Source: Camelus ferus (taxonomy: Eukaryota). From it: 64,000 nt of DNA. Under the pieces are notes generated by a model. The model was not told the origin of the DNA. It did no database searches and saw only the letters and a list, made by a program, of their open reading frames with translations. Position numbers and translations under genes: made by a program. The DNA lies in assembly GCF_009834535.1 (NCBI RefSeq), contig NC_045696.1, positions 40,672,001 to 40,736,000 on the forward strand, read 5' to 3'. Below, piece by piece: positions 50,040-62,345 of the stretch; position 1 is the first letter of the stretch; every line of letters begins with the position of its first letter.

Positions 50040-53000
50040 CTTTCTTTATTTTTCCAAAGTTGGATCCAAGCAGCAGATTCCAGCACTCCTGCTTTGTTTA
50101 ATCGCCTGAACAGTCTGAACAGCTATAAATATATCTTTTAAACTAAGAGAATGGACAGCTCTGGTTTAGATTTATGGGAATATAGTAGACCATTAGAAGT
50201 ATAGAATTTCAGCCAACCAAGGAAAACCTATATAAATTTTTAGAGGAATTTGCAAATACTTAGCTTAAAACATTTTTAAAGAGAGAATTTTTTTGTTTTA
50301 TATTGCCTTCATTTTTGTTTCACCTTTGTCCATTCAGGGAGTGGGGTGAGTCTTAGAGGATACCTTTTTTCTAATTGTCTAAAAGTTCAAGTGGTAAGTC
50401 ACAGTTTGAGATTGTCAGACAATCCTAAATGTCCCTAATATGCAAATGTGTCCTTGTCAGCATTAGTCCAAGCATAATAAGTAGAATATAGGGTTAGATT
50501 AAGGACACTAGCATAAATTGGTATATATTGTCCTAACTTAGCCAAATGATTTTATTTATTCTTTCATACTTCTAACCAAAATTTGCCACACAAGAATTAT
50601 GATGGAAAATGTTAGTGACTTTTTTACAATTCATGTCCTAAATACTTTTAATTTTATTTAAAAGACAAATCCTCCATCTTAATTACATGACTTTCTCTCC
50701 CAATATAAAGTTATTTTTGCATTGGTTAGAGGGAAATACAATAATAAGTTTTTTAAATCTGAATTAATAACTGCACCTGCTTAGGATCTAAAACCGAAAT
50801 GGAAAACACAAGGCTTAACCCCACATGCTCCCTGATCAAATGCAAAGGTTCTTAAAATAGCTACGTGTGAAGATGTTCGGAGCAGCTGAAAACCAAGGAG
50901 TTGGTGTCCCTAGTCACAACCTGGCAGTTTAATACCATGGCTCAGAGGCAGCTGCCTCTGTCTCTTTCTGTTTCAGGGCCTGGAGTGGCAGCTCCTAGAA
51001 GAAGCACAGAAGCAGCCTCTGCTTTATACACATTCCCTTCCCCGCCTTAATTCTACTTTCCTAGTCAAGGGATTGTCCCTAGATCCATCATGAAGATCTA
51101 AAACATTCATTCCAAGCCAGGAGAGAAGAGTAGCTAAAAGCCTCCAAACAATTACAACAAACGTTACAAAGGTAGACAATAAATTCCAGGAAAAATGTAA
51201 GGAAGAAATAAAGTCACATACATTTGATGGGTCAAAGCTAGTGGTAACAGTCAGTACTAGCTATGAGTGGTACCCTACACACTGTTACCCTCTGAATCTC
51301 AGTTACCAGCCGATCAGTTTACTGTCTTCAGATTCCACCAGAAAGACTTTCTTCACTCACTCAAAACTGATCTGTTCAACTCAACTTATCTTGATATAGC
51401 TCCCAGTTAACCAGTATATCTCAGCTGATACAGCTCTCAGCTTACCATTTTCCCCCATAGAAAATTTTTTCCTGTGATGTTTTCCCTTACCTATGATAAA
51501 CTGCTTCTCTCAAGGGCCCACTTATGCTTCCACCAGTAGCAGGATCTGGACTGGGTGGACAATTGATCTAATCTAATGTGACAGCTTTTTAATGTCACCA
51601 GATTGGTGGCACTAACAAGAGTTTAAAAATTTTGTTTGCATTCACATGTAGTTGAGTATGCTATTATCCTATACTGTCCCTTCCTAAAATGAAGAAAAAA
51701 GCAGTAGCTTATATCTCTTTTAGCAACTGAACTGATTTTTCTGAGGGCCAGAAGACAGAACTGTAGGGTGAATACGTAGAAGGGAAATGGAGGCAAGAAG
51801 AGAATGGGGTATGGGGAGGCCTGACACTCTCCCATCCGCAGAGTTTCCAGTTAGCTGCTGCTGCTTTCAAACAGTAGTCGAAACTGTGAGTACTTATGTT
51901 GGAAACGCAGAATTTTCCTAGTCCTTCATTTGAGAAACTACTTAATGAGACTGTGCATTAGAGAAGACATTACTCTGTACCATCCCTTAAACATCTAAAA
52001 CCTAGTTTTCCCATCTGCTGACCAGGGAATAATCCCTGCCTTTCCTATGCAGGGTCACCATAGGATCAAGGGAATGACTGGTATTTGAGTTTCTATGAAC
52101 AACGTAAGACACCTAGGTGTAAAATGACACTGTTGTTATGATTAATGCCATTATACAAAGTCTTCTCAACCAAGGCGAGAAACAGAGTACTGCCACTTTT
52201 TAGCTGTAGGCTTCAGTGACTGACTGTCTTTGTCAGCTGGGTTAGACAGAAACATCTTGAACTTCTCTCAGATCTGAACCCCAGATAGCTGTGAGGTTAT
52301 AGTTCAAATTCTGCTCCAATATCTTCCTTAGGGACTTCTTGTGTAACTCAGTTCTGAAGGAACAAACTATCAGAATGTGAGCTTTCCATCTGACATCTGT
52401 AGTTTAGAACAGAAATGTCAACATCCCTCAAAGAAGGCCCAAGTATTTGCACTAAAATGTATATTCCAATTTGATCATTTGATTATTTGGTCTCTGAAAT
52501 TGTCTCGCTATCTCACAGACACTAAGTAAACTTTTTTAAGTAGGAAAAAAATTTTTTTCTGGTCCTTTTATTTTAATCAGAAATAAAGGATATAATACTA
52601 ATTATGGTGAATGACATGAACAATATAAAGATTCAAATCACTAATAATAATCAGCCCCTCTGTGACAATTTATATACTCAGAGCACATCAAAACCACGTT
52701 TGCCTCATTCACCACTGTATCCCCAATAACCCAGCACATAGTAGGCACTCTAAATATTTGCTGGATGAATGAACAAATGAACAAACTAATTATATCCTTT
52801 ACTGTAAACATGTTCCACCTAAATATAATGAAATTTTAAAAAAATTGTGTGTTCAGCATGAATAGTTATTAAATGCTGGTGACCACTAGTTCTGTCTAAG
52901 GCAAATGAAAAAAACTAACAGTTTTTTCTTTAACTGTTTTTTAATATAACATGTTGAAGAAGTTAGGCACGTTATTTCAGTAGAAATTTTGCTTTAAGTT

Positions 53001-53579
53001 AAATCAAAGAATAATATGGACTCTGTTCTGAAGAATACAAGACCATTTACCTTTGCTTTTCCCCAACTCTTGGCAAGTCGCAACATCTCTCTCCTATAAT
53101 AGTCACATGTACCATCACTTTGAAGCCACAGTAGAGTATCTCCATCTCCAAGGACAACACCACTACCTAAGACCAATTCTTGGCTAACAAATTCTTTACT
53201 TTATTAACAGTTTAAGCAAAAAAAGACAACTACATATGAACTTTAACAGAGTGAAAATCTTTTTAAAAGTTTTTCTGCACTTCTTTGTTTATTATCAATA
53301 CCCTTCTTTGTTCCAGAATTTTTACAGAGTATTTTTGCATTGGTTGTCATAAGAACCCAAACTCTACATTGCTTTTGGAAATTACCTGGAGAACTCTCCT
53401 AAGAGTAGAGCTAATTACCCTACATATTTGTTTTAAAGAAGTAAAAATAGCCCATGAACATTGCTGCCTTTAGAAATTTTCAATAACAAACAGCTCTTAA
53501 AGTGTTTATGCTGTTTTTAAATTAAGTATAATGGGAGTTTCATAATAGTGTCAACTGACAACTGTAGAGATATACTTAC

Positions 53580-53657
53580 TTGGAATATTTGTTTTTGAAG
53601 GATAGGAGATTGATATATTGGAAAGTGTCATCATAGGAAAAGCATTTTTAGTTGCAG
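53580..53657 (-). other. Candidate 78-nt exon downstream of the putative first exon
   Basis: Acceptor ttatgttcctctag|ctg and donor caa|gtaagt; 1061 nt from the donor at 54718. Confidence 0.3.
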
Positions 53658-54718
53658 CTAGAGGAACATAACCTTTTTTTTTTTTTTTTGGAAAAATTCT
53701 CCCCAGTAGTACGCTTCCCCATGCCCTCCTTTCTACAAACCTAATACACACAAGAAACGTGGTGAATGTAGCTAAGCAGTGTGTGTACTGCATCTCTTGC
53801 AGTCCTACCTGAGACTTGCACAGATATTGAAGAAAGATACATGATCATCAGTTGTTATGAAGAGAAAAAAGAATGATTGAATATGTCACAAGAATTTTAG
53901 CTGAACATATATCTCTGTTGAATGGGAATCTGTGTTCAAAGCTATGTATTCACCCTAAACATTGACTAATACTCCCATTGAGCAAGTACAGTGAGCAGTA
54001 CTTTCTCTGGCATCATTTCCCATTGACACTGAGATTTGATGTGCCACAGATATCCAGTCATATTCTTTGGGGTAGTAGGTATCTCCCAAGACCTTCCAGA
54101 AACCCTACCTCAAAAATCTGCTTCTGTTCTGTGGCCCCCATTCATCAGATCTTAGCATTAAAGAAATATGAACACAAGTAAAGAAAAAAGAATACTATCT
54201 AGTTGCCATTTTAAGATGCTAGTTTCTTCTGTCTTTCCATAAAAAGAAAATTCCTCTCCAGTCTAGCCTGTACTCTAGTAAGTATACTTCTCCAGTTTTA
54301 TCACATTTTTGATGATTTTGAAATTATGTATTTTAAATCATCTACATCAGCTTACAGAATCAAACTATTAACAAGAAGTCATTTGCCCAAACCATCTTTG
54401 TTAAATTTTTGACCATTTGTCTTACTCTAAAGAGGATAACAATTTAAAACTTTATTTTGGTCTTCTTTCATGCAAACCAATTTAGTAAAACATACCTACT
54501 GTCAGGATAGTTCCTCTATTTTGCAAGCAGCTCTTACCCGTATTAGCCTAAAAGTCATCATACGTCATAAGCCCTTAATTATACCTGAGATTTGCTGTAT
54601 TCCTGCGTGTAATGCCCAGGAGATCCTGCTCCTGGAGAGCGGTGTTGGCAGTTCCCGGATGGTGGATAACACAGAAACATCCCCAAAGCCTCTTCTCGAC
54701 AGCAATAGGGGCACTTAC

Positions 54719-54935
54719 CTTTCTGTGCAGGTACCTCTACTAGATCACACCAGGTAGTCCTCTCTTCTTATCCCCACCAAAATCCAATAGTGGAATCCCG
54801 GGGCCAACAGCAATGTTTTCTTCTTGTCTTTTTGGACACTCTCTCAGTTTTTGTTTTATGGGCTTCAAAGCCACGGAGAACTTGCAACCAGGGGCCGCTG
54901 CCAGTTCTGCAGAGGAGAGGCAGTGGGGAGCCCAA
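54719..54935 (-). other. Candidate non-coding first exon of an unidentified minus-strand transcript
   Basis: Consensus donor AAAG|GTAAGT (54719|54718) and no recognisable ORF. The 5' end is estimated from the upstream TATA-like box. Confidence 0.45.
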
Positions 54936-55155
54936 CACAGACTGGGCCCAAACACTAAATATAACCCTCTTCCCTCTCCGGGCAGCGTCCTTCATGCTCT
55001 GAACACAGGCGACCTTGCGGAATCCCAAACCCCACAGCTTGCCAGTCTCCACGGAGGAAAGTGTCTAACTGGACCGAGCTGCAGGATGAGGCGACCCAAA
55101 AGCTGGGAGCCATCTGTCCAGAGCAAACAAGTAGAGGCAGGTATAGGCTCCCTGA

Positions 55156-55189
55156 GTGTGTCTGTGTGTATGTGTTTGTGTGTGTGTGT
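55156..55189. repeat. Imperfect (GT)n repeat
   Basis: gtgtgtctgtgtgtatgtgtttgtgtgtgtgtgt. Confidence 0.9.
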
Positions 55190-55869
55190 TTGCATGCCTG
55201 TGCCCAGCAGCTGCTCTCCAGATTAGAAGACACCACTCTTTGGCAGGCAGCTCTGAAACCACCCTCTTGGGTAATTTCAAATTCACGTGCACATCTTGGC
55301 TGAGAGAATAAACCTCCCAGGCACAACCTGGGTCCCCTTCTCTGCCTTGTCACTCTCCCAAATACACTGTGAACCACAAACAGCAGTGCCAGCATCTTAA
55401 GAACAGATACCCAGATGGACCTTAGACTGCACCTCATTTTGTACCCTGCAACCAAGTACCGATGCGAGCCTTGTTTGAGATTTAAGTAACAAGGGCATGA
55501 CCTCTTCTTTGACAGTCATAACCGAAGGCACTGTAGAGATTCGCTATTATTAACACTGTGTTGAACTTTAACTTGAGTGCCTGCCTGTTCCATTCAGTGT
55601 CACTTGAGACATGAGTGCAAAGTGCTGAGGAAATTTTAGAGCAACATTCAAATGTATGATGGTGTTTATTATTACTATTCAAGGTTTCTATTATTCAGGT
55701 GTCAGAAAAAATCTCATATTTGACATTGCTAAAATTTGGAGAATCTAATTTTCTCTAAGTGGTATCACTTATTCTGATTGCCGGGAGAGGGGCAGGAAAA
55801 AGGAACTTGTTCATTTTTTCAGCTAGCATGTACTACATCGCTAGTTAGGTATCAAGTCCTCTACCAGAC

Positions 55870-56070
55870 AAACCTACCACCATCCAGGTGCTCAATCTGT
55901 GCATTATTTTATTTAATCCTCATAGCATCCCTTTAAGTTAGTCCTGTAGGTGATCGAATAAGAAAACCAAAGCTCAGAATAACTAAATTACTTCCCTGTA
56001 GTCTCATGGCTAGTAAATACCAGGCTGGGAATTCAAAATTGAACCTGAGTCACACCAAAACCCATGCTCT
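55870..56070 (-). mobile_element. MIR SINE
   Basis: atttaatcctcatagcatccc...aagaaaaccaaagctcagaa...ggctagtaaatacc...ggaattcaaa...cccatgctcttt. Confidence 0.65.
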
Positions 56071-56074
56071 TTGT

Positions 56075-57500
56075 TTTTAACTATTATCATTGAATTAATT
56101 TCAAACTTACAGAAAAGATACACAAATAATAAAGAGCTCCCACTTACTCTTCACCCAAGTTCTCCAGTCTTTAGCATTTAACCACATTTGCTTTCTCCTT
56201 CCCTCCTTCCTTTCCCCTTCACCTTTTTTCCTCCTGATCTTCCTCTTCCCATTCACCCCCTTGTGTTTATATATATTTGTGTATATTTTTCTGAATCAAT
56301 TTTTATACGTCAGTGTTATCCTAAAAGCAAATACACTCTCCTATGTAACTATAGTATAACAATTAAATTCAGTAAATTAACATAGATGCAGTATTACTTT
56401 CTAATCCATAGTTGCCATTCAACTTTTCACCAAATGTCTCAATAATATGCATTCTGGGGGAAAATTTAGTTTTTTCCTTTGGTGCAGGATTATTTGTAGC
56501 GTTTAGTTGTCATGTCTCTCCTTTAGTCTTCAACAGTTCTTCAGTCTTTACTTCTTTGGTGACTTGACATTTTTTAAGAGTACGTTTTGTAAAATGCTAC
56601 TCAACTGAGGTTTGTGTGATATTTCCTTATTATGAGACTGAATTTGTGTATTTTTTTGGAAGGAATACCACAGAAGTAATGCTGCATTCTTCTTAGTTAA
56701 TTATATGGAGACACATAAATGGAGTTGGTCCATACCAGCTCCACTCTGTTCAAGTGATACCTGCCAGATTTCTCCACTTTAAACTAACAGTTTTCCTTGT
56801 AATCAGTAAATATTTTGTAGGAAGATAATTTGAGACTATGTAAATATATCACTACTAAAGAAACTTTCTTCTGTAAGGAAGATCTTTCCCTTTTCTCTTA
56901 TTTATTTTTGTATTTCTTTTTATCAATATGCACGTATGGATTCCTGTTTTATTCAGAGGCTTTTAATCCATTGATACCATTATTTATTTTGATGCCCAGT
57001 GATCTCAGATTTGGCAAGTAGAAGCACCTTCGGCTGGCTTTTATATCCTTTTGACAAGTCCTGATCATTTTCTAAGTACTGTCTTACTTTCTGGCACAAG
57101 AAAATGTTCCATGTGCATCTTGTACTTTTCTCTACTCAGCCCTGGAATTAGCCACATCTTCAAGGAGACCTGGGTCCACTATGGAAAGTAGTATTGTGGA
57201 AACTGAGATCTGGGCATTGAATGTGCTCACTAGACTGGGATGTGCTCATTGCTTCTAGACACTCTCAGCCACAAGAGCTAGGAAATAGACACACAGCCGT
57301 ATCTGTTGCTCTGTCTTTTATCAAATACCAAAGAGATCACATTGATAGCTCCAGTTCCAATCTAATGCCATAGGAACATTCTAGCTTTTATCCTTTCCAT
57401 GTTTGTAACTCCCTTCCTCAACGGTGAGGATAACTGAGTTTCTGTTACCCTCAAACTATTTACTTATTTGCTCATTGCCCCTGTGTGTAAGCAGTCTTCT
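56075..57500 (-). mobile_element. Old L1 (L1MC-type) 3' region
   Basis: aatttcaaacttacagaaaagata, cccaagttctccag, ttagttgtcatgtctctcctttagtc, gacttgacattttttaagagta, ccagatttctccact, tcttgtacttttc...cagccctggaattagcca. Confidence 0.8.
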
Positions 57501-58960
57501 CTACCCTGCTGGCTGATTCCTCAATCCTTACAGTCTTTTAAGCCCCATCAGTCCTAATCCCTCCAGGAAAAGGAAGAGAAATAATATTTTCTTTTTTTAT
57601 TTTGATTCATTTATTAATACTTAACTTTCATTTACAGGTACTGTAATTGATGTGCTTAAAAAAACACATATGCTTTATACCACAGAGCCTAAGGACTAAT
57701 AGAAATGGTAGACATGTATTTTTCTAATCAATTGGTTTGTTTTATAGGCATTATCAGCATCTTATTTCAAGAAGAAATCCATCCTAGTGCAACTTAAAGC
57801 CATCTTGTCTTGCTTAAGCTTCGAACAAGAGAAAATTTCACCAGGTTTCCTCTGAATATCTCTTGACCTTTTTTCCTCATTAGTTCACTGGTTATAGCCA
57901 TGACTATAATTTGGTTACCATCTTTCCATGATCCTATCAGCCAGGTTTCACACTTCTGCAAAATAATATTTTCTAAACAAAAAGGAAGGTAAAAGGAAGA
58001 AGGTAAGATTCCTATGCTCTTTCTATATTTCAAGGCATCTGTATCTTCATGGAAAAATCTATCACAGTGTCTACAGAAAATGGGTATTTACAGGGGGAGG
58101 AAAGAGAGGACTGTTGGGCTGATTTGTAATTCTCTGGCAGAACAGATAGCTGATGGAATTGCAAATACGTATTCATAAGCAGAACAGATTCTCTAAAGGT
58201 CTAAAGGTTCCTATTCCCACCCACTCACAGGTAACCAAGCAACCAAGTACAGAAGGGAAATAACAAGAAGAATATTCATAGTCTTTTAGTGGTCATTTTT
58301 TCATTGACCTGGAGCTTCTGTTTCCTCCTCTGTAAAGATTTTGCATTGAAAGAAACCTTAGATCTATTTTAGCACTAGTATCTTGTGAGTCTCTCCATTG
58401 ATGGCTTGAAAATGATCCAGGAAAACCCAATTCTATGCTTTTTTGCTCAGCTCTTACTAATAGTTATCACTGCAGATGTCTACAAGGTGTTGAGAGATAT
58501 GTTCATATCAGTTCTTGAAAATATGAGAGGTTTAAATTCATTTTAAACTGTTTGTCCTTTTTTTGTTTGTTTCTATGAATCATGAAAAGAAATGCAGGGG
58601 TCTCAGCAGAGCTGGATCACAGGACATCAGAGACAGTGTTCCTGGACATGCCTCACTTTTTCTTGACTCAGATTCCAGACCCATCCTTCCCACTGTCCTC
58701 TCCCCGCCCCAGGTGGATCATGTACCTCCTTGGTACTCCCAAGAACCCAAAGCTTAATTGCACCTTACCCTCCATCTCGCTTCTTTATAATTGGCAGCAT
58801 ACTTGTCTCTTCCCAACTGGATCAGTCATTTTTAAATTCCAGGGTTTTTCCTAACAGACATTTACCAGCAGCAAAATTGACAGATTTAAATTTCACATTT
58901 TTTCCTCACCTTCATATTCTCTAAGGGTGGGATTATTATTATATATTAAGGTGGGATTTA

Positions 58961-58995
58961 TTGTTGTTGTTGTTGTTGTTGTTGTTATTATTATT
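58961..58995. repeat. (TTG)8-(TTA)n microsatellite
   Basis: Direct reading. Confidence 0.95.
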
Positions 58996-59223
58996 CATAA
59001 AAATAAAAGGTCTGAATAATCCACAAAATAGAAAAATAACTCCAGGTAAACAGGTCTGTTTAGGAAAAACCTGGTATAATGAGGGATACCTTTCTCTTCC
59101 TTTGAAGCCCACCTGTGGGCAGTGTTTTGGAATTATATGTATTTCAAGGTTTCACATTTTTCTGCAGTGAAAATTATGCCAGCAGAATCACTTAAAAAAA
59201 AAAAGATGAGGAAACATATTCTT

Positions 59224-59415
59224 CATTTTTACATTTTTTTAAATTTTATTTTTAATTGAAGTGTAATTGATTTATAATGTTAGTTTCAGGTGTACAGCAA
59301 AGCGATTCAGTTATACATATACATACGTTTTTTAAGGTTCTTTTTCATTATATGTTATTATAAGAAATTGAATATAGTTCCCTGTGCTATACAGTAGGTC
59401 CTTGTTGTTTATCTG
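59224..59415 (-). mobile_element. L1 3' end, cetartiodactyl-type subfamily
   Basis: ttaattgaagtgtaattgatttataatgttagtttcaggtgtacagcaaagcgattcagttatacatata...atagttccctgtgctatacagtaggtccttgttg. Confidence 0.85.
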
Positions 59416-59420
59416 TTCTT

Positions 59421-59528
59421 ATTTTTGTTTTTTTTTTGAAGTACAATTACAGTGTGTCAGTTTCTGCTGTACAGCACAATGTCCCAGTCATGCATACACA
59501 TACATATATTTGTTTTCATATTTTTTTT
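59421..59528 (-). mobile_element. Second L1 3' end, camelid-type subfamily
   Basis: T-rich tail, then gaagtacaattacagtgtgtcagtttctgctgtacagcacaatgtcccagtcatgcatacacatacatatatttgttttcata. Confidence 0.8.
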
Positions 59529-62034
59529 AGGAAAACACATTCTTGACTTCAGAACCATGTTGTTACAAATAATTTGTACTTTTAAGTTTCCAGGCCCTAT
59601 TTCTTCATATACTTCAAGAATGCCAAAATACCAGGTGACAGCTGTTTTACCTCTAAGACATTCCTCAAGTATCCTATTTTGATGTCATTATGTAATGCTT
59701 TTCTCTTGGCATGGCTATCATCACTCAATAGCTTTGTTGATATGTATCACTGCATAGCTCTCTTCACTTTGCATCCAATTACTTTTCCAAATGGGTACTA
59801 GTTCTCTCCAAGCTAGAGAAAAAAGGAGAGAAGAAATCATTCTAACATCTCAAATTGGATTAATGTTTTCTCCTTGGCTAGAAAGTTCCTTTGTGAACAA
59901 GAAAATGCATGAGTTAGAAATCTTTCTCCCCTCTCAGCCTTTCTTCTCTTTAAAAATGTTATTTCATTCCAGTCTTGTTTTCCTTTCTAATGGCACATCT
60001 TATAAAACAGATGTTAGGTCAGCCGAGAGCTTGTTTAAGTTTTCAGCTCAAATCTTGCCTTGATATCGGTAGTCTCTGATAGCCTCAAGGACAGGTATAC
60101 AGGTATAAGCACACAATTTTCAGTTCACTTCAACAGACATTTACTGAGTGGCCACAATATACCATGTAAAACTCAGAAACTAGTAGAAGAGGCACACAAC
60201 AAAATTCTAATTTTAATGCACTGTGCATTAAATAAAATATAAATATAATTTATATAATTTTATATAAATATAAAAATAATGTAGGGCTAAACATAATGCT
60301 GTTTGAGTCTACTTGAACTGCAGGTCAGGGAGACTGCATGGGGTGGAGGTGGGGGTGGGGATACATGACCTAGACACCTTGGGGGAGGAGGAGGAGGAGC
60401 TTTCTTCCAGGGAAAGGGTAAGGACGAGGGCACGCTTGGCAGAGGACACCATGCAAGCACAGGCACGCTGGCAAGAAAGCACATGATGGGCTCAGCAATG
60501 GCACACTGCTCCCATGCCCAGAGGACACGAGTGTGGTGTCCAACTTTGTCCTAAGTAACGTGGAATCTTTTTTTGGGTCCAGAATGTTAAGGACCTTGTT
60601 GTTTTGGTGCCAAGTGTTATAACTGTACTCCGTAGACAGTGGGGAGCCACCAGGCATTTTAGCAGAAAATTAGAGGATTTGGAACCAGAAGGCCTTCTCA
60701 TGGGACCCTGGAATGTTTCATCTGAGAAGAAACTCGGTGCTCATCTAATTTTAGCCTCTTGTTTTATTCATGAAAATTGTGTAACTCAGGTTTAAATTTC
60801 ACACCACTGGGTGCCCTGTACCTGACATAAAGCCTTAAAGAAACCACTGTGTCACAGCTTCCCCAAAGTGATCCCTAGATTTAAGCAAGGTTATCTCTGT
60901 GCTCTGAGGGGGCCATGAGAGTCATCTCGATGCACTTTTACTGATGAATGATCCTAGGACCTCTGTGGGGTGGGAATGAGAAATGGGTGAGGCTGGCCCA
61001 GCATGGGGACCAGCAGCCTAGGTTACAAGTTGAGTGTTTCAGCCCTGCAGGGAGGATCTGGGCAGGTGGCTACAGCATGATTCCAGGTGGGCTGCTAATT
61101 TGGGGCCAGATTCCAAGCAGCAACTAGGGAATAGGAAGCTGGAGACACGGAAAGACAAGAATTATGCAAGGAAGCTGAACCCCTTCCAAATAAACTAGGT
61201 GCTGAGCAGCTATAGTCTTAACAGAAAAATTAAATACACTGAGGAAACCAGAGAAAGATTGATCCTAAGGGCTGAGCAAATCAGGAGGTGACTGGAGAAC
61301 GGCTGCTGTACATTCAGTAGATGAGTAGCCAGGGCGCTCCAGAGAGCATCCCTAAGCAGGAATTCAATTCTAGGCCACATTTTCTGGTGTGGCCAGGACA
61401 GACATGGTTCTTACTGGCCAAAGAACCAGACAGAACACAGTGTGAAGATTCAAGATCTGCTTTATAGCCACTGGGCAGGGTTGGGGAGGAAGACCTTGTA
61501 CCCAGAATATTTCTGAGTTTCCAGGCAACTCCATTGTTTGGCATCCCAGGCCAGGGCCAAATGGCAAGGTGACAAGGGTGTTCCACTCGGAGCAGCTTCG
61601 CAATAGCTTCCCAGGAATACATTGTACCATCTCCATTCTTAGTGTTCTGTTGCTTGACTTTAAGGTTCTTTTGTAATTTTTCTTAAGGAACACCATTCTA
61701 CTTACATAATAGCAACTCTGCTTTCAACCGCAAATGTCTCAAATGAGAAAGGGCTAATCCCCCCTTATTCAGAATATATTGTATGCCAAACCTGGTGTTA
61801 TAAAGCATTCATTTTGAAACTTTCTAATTGTAGCCGTAAGTTAGGTCTTCATTCTTTTAGATTCTCAAGTTCAGTCAGGGTGGTCCTGGTTGAAATGAAT
61901 CCATGAAAACCTCTAACAGAACTCCAAGATTTACAGTAGTATAATAGTATCTGTGGTGGTAAAAACATAAAATAAAAAGATGGCCTTCTATTGTTTTTTT
62001 TCAATTTACTCTTTGCAGTTATATTCACTTCATT

Positions 62035-62345
62035 CATACATTTGGCAATTATTTATTGCATATCTGTTACATCCAGGCACACTGGAGATATAACCAAAAA
62101 ATAGATGTTATTGGATCCTGCCACCTTGGAATTTAAAGTGTAAGGGAGGGATCAAATAAATAAAAAGTTAACAAATAAATCAGATAATTTTAACTTGGAA
62201 TAGTGCAGTGGTAGAAAGTAAAAGAAAACTGTAGCAGAGATGGAGAGGGAGGAGAATGCCTTCTTTACGTGTCAGAGGAGAGCGCTAGAAACACTGTCTT
62301 TTAGATGAGCCAGACAGTCAGGTGAGCCATTCAGGCAGGGTCATG
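62035..62345 (-). mobile_element. L2 3' fragment
   Basis: ttcattcatacatttggcaattatttattgcatatctgttacatccaggcacactggagatataacc...cctgccaccttggaattt. Confidence 0.7.

Larger units (their letters stand above)
54539..55200 (-). promoter_or_regulatory. Candidate intermediate-CpG promoter with a TATA/MEF2-like element
   Basis: About 16 CpGs counted by eye in 54539-55093, well above the rest of the window, with higher GC and no repeats. TTATATTTAG on minus (ctaaatataa, 54955-54964) also fits MEF2 YTAWWWWTAR. CA-rich tract upstream. Confidence 0.5.

Noticed and set aside
54719-54964. Naming the host gene (several multi-promoter genes considered from memory)
   Set aside because: None of the 5' UTR or N-terminal sequences I could recall matched; no gene symbol is supportable without a search.
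54955-55455. Longest ORF (166 aa, minus) and the overlapping 137-aa plus-strand ORF
   Set aside because: No recognisable domain, part of it is encoded by the CA repeat (HTHTNTYTQTH), and long ORFs are expected where GC rises. Better explained as promoter DNA.
60248-60269. AT-only inverted repeat with 10-bp arms
   Set aside because: Expected in low-complexity AT tracts.
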